64,000 nucleotides of DNA from Candidatus Bathyarchaeia archaeon (lineage in GTDB: Archaea > Thermoproteota > Bathyarchaeia > Bathyarchaeales > Bathycorpusculaceae): contig JBEKKX010000006.1 in assembly GCA_050010515.1 (NCBI GenBank), positions 11,316 to 75,315 on the forward strand, written 5' to 3'. The translations under genes were made by a program, and so were the position numbers. Numbering within the stretch: position 1 is the first letter of the stretch; the number at the start of each line of letters is the position of its first letter. Below are positions 19,555 to 30,999 of this stretch, piece after piece. The notes beneath the pieces are model-generated. The model was not told where the DNA came from. It was given only the letters and a program-made list of their open reading frames with translations, and ran no database searches.

Positions 19555-19833
19555 GTCGCTATTTAGAATGTGCGGATTCTAGTATAATTATTAGATTACA
19601 ATAAACTTTGCGGCTAACTCGTAAGGCAATATATCAATCTAAACATGGTTAAGCAAAGAAAAGATAACTAAACACTTTAAGAAAAAAGGGTTGGAATGGG
19701 GCAGACAACGGAAAAATTGCTATTCTCGTTGTGCAGATGAAGCTATAAAAACGCTTGAATCTTTAGTCTTAGAAATTGGCAAATATAGGCATCAAGAAAG
19801 AAAAATGTATGAAATCCCCCGAAAAGCTTTAAA

Positions 19834-20490
19834 ATGAAACTGCAGAATTCAAGGGTTAATACAGCGAACTTGGGGAAAACACTAAAAATGAGTGACGATC
19901 TGGTAACGAAATTGGCGAATCCAGCACCGCTAGGACTTTTAGGCTTTGGCGTAACTACTGTTCTACTTAACTTGGTTAACGCAGGGGCTTTTCCTCTGGA
20001 CACAATGATTTTAGCTATGGGCATAGCTTACGGAGGATTAGCACAGGTTATTGTTGGAATAATGGAGTTCAAAAAAGGCAACACTTTCGGTACTGTAGCT
20101 TTCATGTCCTATGGCTTGTTCTGGTGGAGTCTCGTGATGCTTTTGGTTTTACCGAAGCTTTCGTTCCTAAGTGGATTCAGTGCTCCTTCTGCGGCTTCAA
20201 TGGCGGCATATTTCATAATGTGGGGAATCTTTACCTTCGCCATGTTCTTTGGTACATTGAAGGCTAATCGCGCTTTGCAGTTCGTATTCGGGAGCTTAAC
20301 CATACTATTCTTCATGTTAACAATAAGAGAGTTAACTAACAACCCCACTCTGTTTGGATCAGTAACGTTCAACACAATCACTGGCATTGAAGGCGTCATA
20401 TGCGGCTTAAGCGCAGTATATCTTGGCGTAGCTGAAATCTTAAATGAAGCCAACCATAAAACTGTCTTACCAATTTACCCTACAAGCTAA
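19834..20490 (+). CDS. satP: acetate uptake transporter (GPR1/FUN34/YaaH family)
   Basis: [13 protein letters not shown] signature, NTFGTVAF; true start probably the ATG at 19888. Confidence 0.9.
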   Translation: MKLQNSRVNTANLGKTLKMSDDLVTKLANPAPLGLLGFGVTTVLLNLVNAGAFPLDTMILAMGIAYGGLAQVIVGIMEFKKGNTFGTVAFMSYGLFWWSLVMLLVLPKLSFLSGFSAPSAASMAAYFIMWGIFTFAMFFGTLKANRALQFVFGSLTILFFMLTIRELTNNPTLFGSVTFNTITGIEGVICGLSAVYLGVAEILNEANHKTVLPIYPTS

Positions 20491-20533
20491 AAAATAACTA
20501 AAATAACTAATTCCTTTTTTATTTTTCAATAAA

Positions 20534-22552
20534 ATGACTGAAAAACTTATATTCTTTAGAGTTTACCCTTCCCAGCAATTTAGGTTGAGTGAAATGTCAG
20601 AAGATAGTTTACCATTTGACGAGAAGTTTTGTCCAAGTATTGCAAAATTTTCTAATGGAGAAAAACGAAAGCAAGAATGGGAGAAATCAATAAAGAATCC
20701 GCAGGAATATTGGGTGGAAAAAGCAAAAGCCATCGATTGGTTTAAGCCATTCAGCAAGGTCCTTGATGATTCTAACCCGCCGTTTTACAAGTGGTTCCCT
20801 GATGGAGAACTAAACATTTCCTACAACGCCCTAGACAGGCACGTGAAAAGTAACCGTAAAAACAAGCTTGCCTACATTTGGGAAGGCGAAATGGGAGAAG
20901 TAAAAACTTACAGTTACTATCAACTTTACCGAGAAGTAAACAAACTTGCAAAAGTACTAAAAGAATTCGGCATCAAAAAAGGCGACCGCGTCGCAGTTTT
21001 CCTCCCCGTTATTCCTGAGTTGCCAATAACTTTGCTTGCAACAACAAGAATCGGTGGAGTCCACACAGTAGTCTTTTCAGGATTTAGTGCTGAAGCATTA
21101 ACCGACAGAGTAAATGACAGTGGAGCAAAAATCCTAGTAACAGCAGACGGTTCCTTCCGAAGAGGAAAATCAATCGCCATTAAAGACAACGCAGACCGCG
21201 GATTACCAAACATGCCTAATATTGAAAAAGTTATTGTTGTAAAACGGACTGGTCAACCTGTTCAGATGAAGGAAGGTAGAGATGTATGGTATCATGATGC
21301 TCTTGCAAACGCAGGCGCAGACGCCTACGTGGAACCAGAAAGCATGAAATCTACAGACCCGCTATTCATCCTTTACACTTCAGGAACTACAGGGAAACCA
21401 AAAGGTGTTCAGCATGGGATAGGCGGATACCTTGTCTGGGCTTATTGGACGCTCAAGTGGGCTTTTAACCCAACTGACGAGGATATTTTTTGGTGTGTTG
21501 CTGACATCGGCTGGATTACCGGGCACACATACAACGTTTATGCACCGTTAAGCCTAGGCGTTACCGCATTCATTTTTGAGGGGACACCTGATTACCCCGC
21601 GCAAGACCGATGGTGGGACATAATTGAAAGACACGGCATAACCATCCTCTACGCTACACCAACCGCCATCAGAATGTTCATGAAATTCGGTGAACAATGG
21701 GTAACAAAACATGACCTAAGCACCCTACGCATTCTAGGCTCAGTAGGCGAACCAATAAATCCTGAAGCGTGGAAATGGTACTACAGCGTCGTTGGCAAAG
21801 AAAAACTCCCAATAATTGACACCTGGTGGCAAACGGAAACTGGCGGATCTATGATTTCCCCCACCTCAGGAATAGAACTCACACCGTTAAAACCTGGCAG
21901 CGCAACGTTCCCAATGCCAGCAGTCAACGCTGACATCTACGATGAGAAGGGACAGCCAGTACAAGCAGGCACTAAAGGTTTTCTAGTAATCAAATCGCCA
22001 TGGCCTGGAATGTTGCAGACAATTTGGAAAGACCCCGATCGATTCAAGCAAACTTACTTTGGCAGGTGGCCGGGAATATACTATTCTGGCGACTATGCTG
22101 TCCGAGACCCTGAAGGCTACTTCTGGCTCCTTGGCAGAGCCGACGAAGTTCTCAAAGTTGCCGGACACCGAATAGGAACAGTAGAGCTTGAAAGTGCATT
22201 GGTTGCGCACCCAGCGGTTTCGGAAGCAGCAGTAATGGGTAAAGAGGACGCAGTGAAAGGCGAAGTTCCAGTGGCATTCGTTGTTCTGAGAAGCGGTTTC
22301 ACGCCGTCAGACGAACTTCGTGCAGAACTCATTAAGCGGATTAGAACCGCAATAGGCCCAATAGCCACTCCAGACGCTGTTATTATAGTTAACAAGCTGC
22401 CAAAGACACGAAGCGGCAAAATCATGCGCAGACTACTTAAAGCAGTACTGTCCGGAGCACCACTCGGCGACACATCAACAATTGAAGACGAAGGCTCAAT
22501 TGAAGACATAAAAGCAACATACGACGAGCTGCGAAAGCATCTAACTAAATAA
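20534..22552 (+). CDS. acs: acetyl-CoA synthetase (AMP-forming)
   Basis: YTSGTTGKPKG, DTWWQTETGG, PKTRSGKIMRR. Confidence 0.95.
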   Translation: MTEKLIFFRVYPSQQFRLSEMSEDSLPFDEKFCPSIAKFSNGEKRKQEWEKSIKNPQEYWVEKAKAIDWFKPFSKVLDDSNPPFYKWFPDGELNISYNALDRHVKSNRKNKLAYIWEGEMGEVKTYSYYQLYREVNKLAKVLKEFGIKKGDRVAVFLPVIPELPITLLATTRIGGVHTVVFSGFSAEALTDRVNDSGAKILVTADGSFRRGKSIAIKDNADRGLPNMPNIEKVIVVKRTGQPVQMKEGRDVWYHDALANAGADAYVEPESMKSTDPLFILYTSGTTGKPKGVQHGIGGYLVWAYWTLKWAFNPTDEDIFWCVADIGWITGHTYNVYAPLSLGVTAFIFEGTPDYPAQDRWWDIIERHGITILYATPTAIRMFMKFGEQWVTKHDLSTLRILGSVGEPINPEAWKWYYSVVGKEKLPIIDTWWQTETGGSMISPTSGIELTPLKPGSATFPMPAVNADIYDEKGQPVQAGTKGFLVIKSPWPGMLQTIWKDPDRFKQTYFGRWPGIYYSGDYAVRDPEGYFWLLGRADEVLKVAGHRIGTVELESALVAHPAVSEAAVMGKEDAVKGEVPVAFVVLRSGFTPSDELRAELIKRIRTAIGPIATPDAVIIVNKLPKTRSGKIMRRLLKAVLSGAPLGDTSTIEDEGSIEDIKATYDELRKHLTK

Positions 22553-22580
22553 TTTCTTTTCTTATTTTTTTTAAAAAAAA
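22553..22580. terminator. T-rich/A-rich tract between convergent acs and dnaJ
   Basis: TTTCTTTTCTTATTTTTTTAAAAAAAA directly after the acs stop. Confidence 0.45.
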
Positions 22581-22628
22581 TCATAAATTATTTTACGTTA
22601 GTGATTACTAATGCCTTTAGATTAACTG

Positions 22629-23735
22629 TTAAAAGTGGAATTTGTGGCTTTTTTGCACTTCAGTGTCGAATTCTTTTGCTAATTCTTCAAGAAGCGTTCG
22701 TTGCTGGAACGTAAGTTTTTCTGGAACTGACATGCCTATGCGTATTAGTATGTCGCCTTTGCCATAAGCCCTGAAATGTGGCATTCCTTTTCCCTTCAAC
22801 GTTATGACTTCGCCTACCTGCGTTCCTGGATGAATCTTGATGGTTGTTGGTCCTTCAAGGGTGGGAACGGCTATTTCAGCGCCTAATGCTGCTTGCGGAT
22901 AAGTGATTATGGCTACGTGCCATAGGTCGTCTCCTTCCCTTATAAATTGCGGGTGCGGCTTAACGTGAACGACGACATAGAGGTCGCCTGGTTCGCCATC
23001 GTCAGACGCCATTTCTCCTTCTCCTCTGAGCCTAAGCTGATTACCTTCATCTATGCCCATTGGAATTTTAACGGTGATTTTACGGCGTATCCTAACCCGC
23101 CCTGTACCATGACAATTACTACATGGCTTTTCAATCAGTTGGCCTTTTCCTTTACATGTTGGGCAAGCAGTCACTTGCACGTACATCCCGAAGCCGCTTT
23201 TGCGCATATTTTGCACTTGACCCGAACCGCCGCACCTTGGGCAAATTTTAACGGAAGTGCCTGGGGCAGCGCCTGAACCCTCGCATACATTGCATTTTTC
23301 AGTTCGTGGGATTTCAATTTCTTTTTCGGCTCCGTTAGCAGCCTCTTCCAAGGTTATTTCAAGGTCATAAGCTAAGTCTTGGCCTATGTTTCTTCTTTCG
23401 CCTCCGAATCCCCCGCCGAAGAAAGTTCGGAAAATGTCCCCGAAACCCATGTCTCTAAAAACAGAGTCAAAGTTGGCACCTCTGAAAATGTCTTCTGAAC
23501 TGTATCTTTGGTCAAAACCTGAATGGCCAAGGGTATCGTATTGTTGTCGTTTTTGGTCGTCGGAGAGAACAGCATAAGCTTCAGAGATTTCTTTGAATCT
23601 TTCTTCTGCTCCAGGAGACTTGTTTCGGTCTGGATGGAATTGCATTGCCAGTTTTCTGTAAGCGTCTTTGATTTCGTCCTTTGATGCGTTGCGTTGTACG
23701 CCTAGAACTTCGTAGTAGTCTCGTTTTTCAGCCAT
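22629..23735 (-). CDS. dnaJ: chaperone DnaJ
   Basis: J domain with HPD, G/F region, four CxxCxGxG repeats. Confidence 0.96.
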   Translation of the reverse strand: MAEKRDYYEVLGVQRNASKDEIKDAYRKLAMQFHPDRNKSPGAEERFKEISEAYAVLSDDQKRQQYDTLGHSGFDQRYSSEDIFRGANFDSVFRDMGFGDIFRTFFGGGFGGERRNIGQDLAYDLEITLEEAANGAEKEIEIPRTEKCNVCEGSGAAPGTSVKICPRCGGSGQVQNMRKSGFGMYVQVTACPTCKGKGQLIEKPCSNCHGTGRVRIRRKITVKIPMGIDEGNQLRLRGEGEMASDDGEPGDLYVVVHVKPHPQFIREGDDLWHVAIITYPQAALGAEIAVPTLEGPTTIKIHPGTQVGEVITLKGKGMPHFRAYGKGDILIRIGMSVPEKLTFQQRTLLEELAKEFDTEVQKSHKFHF

Positions 23736-23767
23736 TAGATTTTACCGCTAAATCAGCATCTATTATT

Positions 23768-25693
23768 TTATTTGACTTTGTAATCTTCTGAATCAACCAC
23801 TCTCTCTTGACCTGATTCTTCGGGACCTGGACCTTCAGGACCGCCGCTTGGGGGTGGTTGGGGTCCTGTTCCTGCTTCTGGTCCTTGGCCTGGTTGTTGC
23901 TGTCCCTTCTGTTTTGCGTATTCTGCTGCTGCTTGCTGGTAAACCTTCGTTCCGACATCCTGCAGTACCTTCTGGAGTGCGTCGGATTTTGTTTTCACCA
24001 GTACCATGTCATTGCTTGCTAGAGCGTTTTTGAGTTCTGTTACTGCCGCGTCGATTTTTCCTATTTCTTCCTGTGTGATTTTGCCTGCAAGGTCTGTCTT
24101 TGTTCGTTCCGCCGTGTAGACTAGGCTGTCAGCGTTGTTGCGCAGTTCAGCTTCTTCCCTTTTCTTTTTGTCTTGCTCTGCGTATTGGTCGGCGTCTTTG
24201 ATTAAACGTTCCTTTTCTTCTTTAGATAGCTTGGTGGATGCGGTTATGCGTATTTTTGATTCTTTTCCTGTGCCTAAGTCTTTGGCAGTTACGTTCATTA
24301 TACCGTTGGCGTCGATGTCGAATGTCACTTCTATCTGTGGGACGCCTCGTGGTGCAGGCGGCAAATCTACGAGGTTAAACATGCCAAGTGAAACGTTGTC
24401 CCCTGCCATTGCACGTTCGCCTTGGAGCACGTGGATGGTGACTGCTGTCTGGAAGTCCGCTGCTGTCGTGAAGATTTGGCTTCTCTTAGTTGGAATGGTC
24501 GTGTTCTTTTCCATTACTTTAGTGTGTACGCCGCCCATGGTTTCTACACCGAGCGACAATGGTGTAACGTCAAGTAAAAGTAGGTCTGTGACTTCGCCTG
24601 TTATGACTGCTGCTTGGATGGCTGCTCCTATTGCAACGCATTCCATGGGGTCAAGTCCACGTTCGGGCGCTTTGCCTAAGATTTGCTCAACAAACCTTTG
24701 AACAAGTGGCATTCTGGTCATTCCGCCGATTAGAATGATTTTGTCGATTCCTTGCGGCGTCAGTTTTGCGTCTTCAAGAGCTTTCAGAAGGGTAGGTTGT
24801 GTTCGCTGCACGATTGGTTGCGCTAAAGATTCCAGTTTAGTTCGCGTTAATGTTAGGTGTAGGTGTTTTGGTCCTGAAGCGTCTGCTGTTAAAAATGGCA
24901 GGTCGATGTCGGTGCTCATCAGCGCTGAAAGCTCAATTTTGGCTTTTTCCGCGGCTTCTTTAAGCCTAGGCATTGCCATTCTGTCGCCTGAGACATCTAT
25001 GCCTGTTTGACGTTTGAACTCGCCTAAAATGTAGTCCATGACTGCTTTGTCAACGTCTGTTCCGCCGAGTTGGGTGTCACCGCTTGTGCTGAGCACTTGG
25101 AAGACTCCTTTGCCAAAATCCATTACTGTGACGTCGTGTGTTCCGCCGCCGAAGCTGAACACGAGAATTTTCATTTCTTGCTGTACCTTGTCTATGCCGT
25201 ATGCGAGGCATGCAGCTGTGGGTTCGTTGACTATTCGCATGACTTGGAAGCCTGCAATTTCTCCTGCATCTTTGGTTGCTTGGCGTTGGTTGTCATTAAA
25301 GTGTGCTGGAACAGTAATGACTGCTTTGCGCATAGTGCCGCCAAGGTAGGTTTCTGCGTCCTTCTTTATTTTTTGCAGTATGAATGCTGAGATTTGCTGG
25401 GGACTGTACTCTTTTCCGTAAACGTTGACTTTGTAGTCAGTGCCCATTTTGCGTTTTATTTCAAAAATTGTTCCTTCTGGGTTGGTGGCTGCTTGGCGTT
25501 TCGCTGGTTCACCTACCAAGAGTTGTCCGTCTTTTGTGAAGGCAACAACTGATGGGAACATTTTTCCCGCCATTGTAGGGCCTTCTGCGCTTGGGATAAC
25601 TGTTGCGTGTCCGCCTTCATATATGGCGGCTGCTGAATTGGTTGTTCCCAAATCTATTCCTAATACTTTTTCACTTGTTTTTTGATTACTCAT
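23768..25693 (-). CDS. dnaK: chaperone DnaK (Hsp70)
   Basis: [39 protein letters not shown]. Confidence 0.97.
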   Translation of the reverse strand: MSNQKTSEKVLGIDLGTTNSAAAIYEGGHATVIPSAEGPTMAGKMFPSVVAFTKDGQLLVGEPAKRQAATNPEGTIFEIKRKMGTDYKVNVYGKEYSPQQISAFILQKIKKDAETYLGGTMRKAVITVPAHFNDNQRQATKDAGEIAGFQVMRIVNEPTAACLAYGIDKVQQEMKILVFSFGGGTHDVTVMDFGKGVFQVLSTSGDTQLGGTDVDKAVMDYILGEFKRQTGIDVSGDRMAMPRLKEAAEKAKIELSALMSTDIDLPFLTADASGPKHLHLTLTRTKLESLAQPIVQRTQPTLLKALEDAKLTPQGIDKIILIGGMTRMPLVQRFVEQILGKAPERGLDPMECVAIGAAIQAAVITGEVTDLLLLDVTPLSLGVETMGGVHTKVMEKNTTIPTKRSQIFTTAADFQTAVTIHVLQGERAMAGDNVSLGMFNLVDLPPAPRGVPQIEVTFDIDANGIMNVTAKDLGTGKESKIRITASTKLSKEEKERLIKDADQYAEQDKKKREEAELRNNADSLVYTAERTKTDLAGKITQEEIGKIDAAVTELKNALASNDMVLVKTKSDALQKVLQDVGTKVYQQAAAEYAKQKGQQQPGQGPEAGTGPQPPPSGGPEGPGPEESGQERVVDSEDYKVK

Positions 25694-26239
25694 TTACTTT
25701 TTTTCCTCCATTTGGTTACTTTGATTGTTTTTTGATGGTTTGACTGCTACTTTGACGATGGTGGGTCGAATTACTTTGCCCTTCATCATGTAGCCTTTTC
25801 TTATTTCCTCAATCACGGTGCCGTCTTCAACATCGTCTTGCTCTACAGCGGCAATAGCGTTATGACGTGTGGGGTCAAAAGCTTTGCCCTCTGGGCTTTC
25901 TATTGGAGTGACACCTTCTTGCTCAAGAACCTTTCTGAGCTTTTTCAGCGTCATTTCCACGCCTTCTAGCAAGGATTCGGGCGATGTTGAGATTTCGCCG
26001 TTTTTAACCGCTAACTCCAGCTCATCCACAACATCCAGTAGTTGGATGACTAAGCGTTCGGTGCAGTAATTCTTGGTCTGCTCCGCTTCACGGTCAAACC
26101 GTTTCTTAAAGTTATCAAGGTCAGCCTGCAAATACTTAAGCCTAGTCAAATAATCTTCTGCACGTTTCCGCTCACAATCCAGAAGCTGCTCTAGCTGGTC
26201 AACAGACTTCTCTTCTTGCTCTTTTTGTGCATCAACCAT
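25694..26239 (-). CDS. grpE: nucleotide exchange factor GrpE
   Basis: QADLDNFKKR, FDPTRHNA, KGYMMKGKVIRP; adjacent to dnaK. Confidence 0.95.
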   Translation of the reverse strand: MVDAQKEQEEKSVDQLEQLLDCERKRAEDYLTRLKYLQADLDNFKKRFDREAEQTKNYCTERLVIQLLDVVDELELAVKNGEISTSPESLLEGVEMTLKKLRKVLEQEGVTPIESPEGKAFDPTRHNAIAAVEQDDVEDGTVIEEIRKGYMMKGKVIRPTIVKVAVKPSKNNQSNQMEEKK

Positions 26240-26376
26240 TTTACGCTAGCTCCTTGTGTTTAAAAGCAATCTAACAATCAAACAAAAAAATTTTTCGCCT
26301 TAAAAGGCTTTACCTTTAAAATGTGCAAAGTTAAGAAAAAACATCAAAATTTGTAATAAGTAATTGGTTTTATCGA

Positions 26377-26660
26377 CTAGTGTTTCAACTGTTTCTTAAC
26401 TGCTTCTTCGGCTGCTTTGACTGCTTCGGGTAGTTTGTCGCATTTTGTTCCTCCGCCTTGTGCAAAGTTGGGTCTTCCGCCGCCTCCGCCGCCAAAAATC
26501 GGTGCAACCTCTTTCACTATTTGGTTTGCGTTTACGCCTTTTTGCACCGCGTTTTCTCCAGCCATAACCATGAGTCTGCAGGTTTTTCCGTCAGAACCAT
26601 AAAACAGCGTTACGGTTGCTGGGTTGCGCTTGATAATCTCCGCGGGGTTTTCACCATGGG
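26377..26660 (-). pseudogene. alaS: orphan 3' fragment of alanyl-tRNA synthetase (C-Ala/DHHA1 domain)
   Basis: AEIIKRNPATVTLFYGSDGKTCRLMVMAGENAVQKGVNANQIVKEVAPIFGGGGGGRPNFAQGGGTK...KKQLKH parallels the C-terminus of 31000-33843; no catalytic domain; frame breaks near MVKT (~26645). Confidence 0.85.
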
Positions 26661-26753
26661 CGCCTATTCGGCAAGTTTTCTTTTGATTACCATATTTATC
26701 ATAAATTTATCATTAGAATTTGCTTAACTAAAAACAAGAAATTTCTTTAATGA

Positions 26754-29700
26754 TTATGTCGGATTTTCTTTATTCGCGATATTAATTAGCGCAATCTTTG
26801 CTGCCATTCGAACACGGCTTTCATAATTGTTATGAGAATCAGCCCTGTATTTAGAGAATTTTGGTAAAGGTGATTTTATTATATTTGTTAGAAGCAATAT
26901 CGCTGCGCTATCTCCGATTATGTCCAAAGACTCGATGATCTCGAGCCTATAATCCAAAGCCTCGAACCATTCCTCTTCCTTCGGAGGAATAAAATCTTCA
27001 TAAAGCCTTATCAACCTGTCTGTGGCCGATCTACTTGCAATTTTGCCCAACGTAATTACCGTCTCTTTCCAAAGCTCTGTCGGATTTCCGAAAGTTGGTT
27101 GGTTCATCCAATTTAAGCCCTTGGCAACTTGCCTTTTATCTTCAAAAATCTGCATTAAGCTCGTGATTGATTTAGCATTTCCTATTTCCCCGAGTGCCCG
27201 CACAATCGATATTTTTGCATTATAATCCGATTCTGTTGAAAGCAGGTTAAGCAAAGGTGTCACTCCAACTCCACTCTTAAGTTTACCTATGGAATCTATT
27301 GCGGATATTCTGACTTGCGGGTCGGAATCAGTCAAGAAAGAGATTAACGGTTTCATAACTTGATTTCCTCCAATTTCACCTAGCGCGTCAGCCACAGCCT
27401 GCCGTATTTTCGGTTGGCCGCTTTTCATAGGTACTATAAGCGTTTCAACACTATTTTGATCACCGATTTTTCCAAGGGCGATTATCGAATGAATCCGAGT
27501 TTTTTCATCGCTTGTTTTTACAAAAGAAGTTAGTAAATCGACCGCGCTCTTCGTTCTCATGCGGCCAAGTCCATCAATAGCCAGCAATCTAAGGTCGGGA
27601 TTCTTCTCTTGTTCTCTTGATATTTGTAGAAGAATATTTTCTGCTTCTCCCCCACCAATCATTTCAATAGCAAGCATAATCTCTTTTTCATATCGTCCTT
27701 CATTGCTTTTCATGAATTCGACCAAAGGTTCAATTCCCGAATCTATTCTTAACTCGCCAATAGCTTCGATTATACAATTCATGTGAGTAGATGTGCCCTC
27801 TCTCAAAACTTGCACTAGTAAAGGAAGTGCTGCTTCAACTCCTAAGGCTTGGAAGGCATCAAATATGTGTCGTCTGTTTTCTGTTTTCTTATTACAAAGC
27901 AGGTCGACCAGCGCGGGTATCGCTTTGTTACTACCAATCATTCCCAACGCAATTATAGCATTTTTTGCAACAATTGTATCGGTCTCGTTCAATAACCCAA
28001 TAAGTGGTGTTAATATGTCATTTCCGCCAATTCTACCCAGTGCTTCAATTGCTCGACTTCTAACTTGTTTATCGTCATCAGATAGCAACCCAAGAAGCGG
28101 TTTGATGGCTGCCCTATTCTGGGTTATGCCTAGTGCCTCTGAGGCGCTAATCCGAATCCACTTATTTGGACTTTTTAGTAGTTCAATAAGCGAAATAGTT
28201 ACCTTGTCATTCCAATTCTTCTGGAGATTTTCACTTGTAAAAAGTATGTTTCCTATAGATTCTGTGGCTGATGTTACAACCATTTCGTCGGTATCTTGAA
28301 GGGCGGTTAGCAGGAATTCAAGTGATTCTTCAGTACATTTTTTTCCTAATATCTCAATTACAGATTTTTTAGTATAAGCATCAGCGTTATCTGCCATTTT
28401 CAAGAGTTTTTTTGTTATGTTTTCGTTTTTTATCTTTGACAACGCTCTTACAATTGCATAACGCAAAGACAAGTCTTGTTTGTCCTTAAGTGCATTGATC
28501 AAGCCTTCGACTGCTTCATTACTTCCTACTTCTGATAAGGAATTAATTGCTTCGTTCCATACATCAGAATCTTCGTCATCTAGCGCTTTTATCAAGTACT
28601 CAGTAACTCTATTATCACCAAGTTCTCCTAGCGTCTTTATCGCAAAGACCTTAAAGTTGCCTTTAATCGCTAAATTGCCGATTATACCTATACTGGTTTC
28701 AGGCCTTTTGAGTTTACGTGATAAATTTATTACAAACGTTTCCCAGGTAGGTTCTTGGGACTTAAGGATCTCGTTTATCATGGATATATGAATATCCTGT
28801 TTTTTTCCTTCCATCATCATTACAAGATACTGAATGGTTCCCCTCATAATTCTAAATTTTTTCGCTTCATCGATAAAATTGTTCAAATCATTGATTATTT
28901 CTGCTTGTTCTTTTTTTTGCCATTGGTAATCAGATCCGTAAATTATCCATCTTGCCATGACATATTCGAAAAATGCCTCGTAAGCAAAGCCTACTACTCT
29001 ATCCCCTTCCCAATTAAGATAGGTAATAAGATTTTCGCTAAGTATCTTACTCAACACTGTTTCTAAATCAGCTGTTGTATCACCAAGAAGAGCTATTATT
29101 TCTGTTTTTGGCAGTTCGCTTTTTTGTTTCTTCTTAAGTTCGGCCACGAATTTGTACATTTGTTCTGTGGCTTTACTCTCTTTACCTGTATGTTCGAGCT
29201 TCCTTAACCAATATTGATCGAATATTTCAATTCTTCGAACGTCACTAGGAAGATTTTGACCTTCAAATCCTTCGGCAAGAAATCTCAACATTAGCGGATG
29301 CAAACAGATAGCCCTGAGTTCCTTTACAAGAGTTCCCTTGAGTTGATATAACCGCTTATATAATGTCCATGCTTCTTTGAACTCTTTTGCATTAAACTCA
29401 TTGAAGCGCAGGTCGTTTTTCATGAAAACGCGGCCTTTTTTTGAGTAAAGGCGATCCAGGAATCCTTCATTATCCTTCAGGAAGAATTCCCAATCCATGT
29501 CTCGACAGCTAATATAGAATTTGATTCTGTTACCGATATTATTTTGAACTATATCTGCCAAGTCTCTTTTGATCGCCTGTGGGTTAGGGGATTCGTTAAT
29601 TGCGTCTAAAAATACTATCAAATCAAAGTTTTTTTCGTTTAGGGCTTCATTCAAATTTGGCATTAACTGATCAAGATTAGGGTAATCCTGCGCGTTAAGA

Positions 29701-30938
29701 GCATCAATCAAATGTTGTTCAAGTGACCCGTTGATATACATGCTGTTTAGGAATAATACTGGTCGACTATCCATGAGCTTTTCAGATAAATGACAGAGAA
29801 GGTTAGTCTTTCCAATTCCGGCTTCGCCAACAACAACACATGCGTTTTTTTCTTGCTGATCTAGAAATTCGTCGAACTCTTTTTCTATCTCTGCGCGTTT
29901 GACGTACAGATTTGGAATGTACTTTTTGCTTCGATCAATTGCACTTCCTTTAAGGTCTTGCATTTGATTTATAACCTGTTCTTTGCATGTTTGCAATATC
30001 TTTAGGAATGTTATTTTAGGGTGAATAACAGGAGTTTGTTCGAGTAATGCTCTTGTGTACGCCGAAGCGACAAGTGCAGCGTAGGAATGCCAATCATCAT
30101 TTTTTCTATCATCAGAATAATCGCAAATGCCGCGCACTATTAAGTAGCCTACTTGTTGATCCCACGTGGCTTCAGCAGTACCTGACCCTTCCATTTCAAA
30201 AGCTCTTACCCCAAATTGATCTCTTAACTGATCTCGTTTCCGAGCATTTTTAAGAAGCGTGTTCCCAGATGCGACTGAGCCAATAAATACTCGAGGCTGC
30301 CCTGCAATTCTTTTAGGGTCTTCAGGATGATTAATGAAGATTTCAGGATTATTTGAACTAACTAGGATATCGGTTTTTTCTGAAGGACGCTCAATCTTTA
30401 GCTTTTTCATACCTTGCTTAATGAATTTAAGCCATGGTCGGTCTCCCTCAATTTCCAATGCTTCCATACGTCGAACTGAAGCAAGTAAATGCGAACTTGG
30501 GGGTCTTGGCAAGGGTCTAACAATGATATTTTCTGTTTCTTCCTTAACAAAATCATATTGTATTACGCCATTCTGACCAGATACTACTATGTCTCCTAAA
30601 CGAACATGCTCAGTGGTTTTTTCGGGGTTCGGTGCTCCTCCAGCGATACCTACCATTATAATTGAGTTAATGTTAGGGAAGTCTTCTAATAACATTGTAG
30701 TCTTACTAGCCGCAATGTTATTTCCCATTCCGGCAAGAAATAAAACTACAATATGCGTTCCTCCGTTTAATGCGTGTATTTGTCCTATACAATAAGTTCG
30801 TGGTGACCGAGCGCCTGTTGAATAAGATTTTGTTTTGTTCATCATTGCTTTTACAGCGGCATACTCCTCAGGCAATGCAGTAAGTATACCAATTGAAGCC
30901 TGCTTGCACTCCGGTGCGCTATCCACATTGCTTGACAT
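26754..30938 (-). CDS. NLR-like defence protein: PNP/MTA-SAH nucleosidase + STAND/NACHT-like NTPase + HEAT repeats
   Basis: GILTALPEEY, MVGIAGG, RLGDIVV, FEMEGSG, RGICDYSD (PNP_UDP_1); GEAGIGKT and LIVFLDAINE (Walker A/B); many AxxALGxIG repeats. Confidence 0.88.
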   Translation of the reverse strand: MSSNVDSAPECKQASIGILTALPEEYAAVKAMMNKTKSYSTGARSPRTYCIGQIHALNGGTHIVVLFLAGMGNNIAASKTTMLLEDFPNINSIIMVGIAGGAPNPEKTTEHVRLGDIVVSGQNGVIQYDFVKEETENIIVRPLPRPPSSHLLASVRRMEALEIEGDRPWLKFIKQGMKKLKIERPSEKTDILVSSNNPEIFINHPEDPKRIAGQPRVFIGSVASGNTLLKNARKRDQLRDQFGVRAFEMEGSGTAEATWDQQVGYLIVRGICDYSDDRKNDDWHSYAALVASAYTRALLEQTPVIHPKITFLKILQTCKEQVINQMQDLKGSAIDRSKKYIPNLYVKRAEIEKEFDEFLDQQEKNACVVVGEAGIGKTNLLCHLSEKLMDSRPVLFLNSMYINGSLEQHLIDALNAQDYPNLDQLMPNLNEALNEKNFDLIVFLDAINESPNPQAIKRDLADIVQNNIGNRIKFYISCRDMDWEFFLKDNEGFLDRLYSKKGRVFMKNDLRFNEFNAKEFKEAWTLYKRLYQLKGTLVKELRAICLHPLMLRFLAEGFEGQNLPSDVRRIEIFDQYWLRKLEHTGKESKATEQMYKFVAELKKKQKSELPKTEIIALLGDTTADLETVLSKILSENLITYLNWEGDRVVGFAYEAFFEYVMARWIIYGSDYQWQKKEQAEIINDLNNFIDEAKKFRIMRGTIQYLVMMMEGKKQDIHISMINEILKSQEPTWETFVINLSRKLKRPETSIGIIGNLAIKGNFKVFAIKTLGELGDNRVTEYLIKALDDEDSDVWNEAINSLSEVGSNEAVEGLINALKDKQDLSLRYAIVRALSKIKNENITKKLLKMADNADAYTKKSVIEILGKKCTEESLEFLLTALQDTDEMVVTSATESIGNILFTSENLQKNWNDKVTISLIELLKSPNKWIRISASEALGITQNRAAIKPLLGLLSDDDKQVRSRAIEALGRIGGNDILTPLIGLLNETDTIVAKNAIIALGMIGSNKAIPALVDLLCNKKTENRRHIFDAFQALGVEAALPLLVQVLREGTSTHMNCIIEAIGELRIDSGIEPLVEFMKSNEGRYEKEIMLAIEMIGGGEAENILLQISREQEKNPDLRLLAIDGLGRMRTKSAVDLLTSFVKTSDEKTRIHSIIALGKIGDQNSVETLIVPMKSGQPKIRQAVADALGEIGGNQVMKPLISFLTDSDPQVRISAIDSIGKLKSGVGVTPLLNLLSTESDYNAKISIVRALGEIGNAKSITSLMQIFEDKRQVAKGLNWMNQPTFGNPTELWKETVITLGKIASRSATDRLIRLYEDFIPPKEEEWFEALDYRLEIIESLDIIGDSAAILLLTNIIKSPLPKFSKYRADSHNNYESRVRMAAKIALINIANKENPT

Positions 30939-30999
30939 GCAACATAGATAAAGATAGGATACCTAAAAAACATGCGCTAATTTTAGATTGCCAGTTTTC

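Noticed and set aside
24135-25685. Long antisense ORFs opposite dnaK (also opposite acs, alaS and the ATPase)
   Set aside because: Shadow frames of well-supported genes, caused by codon bias
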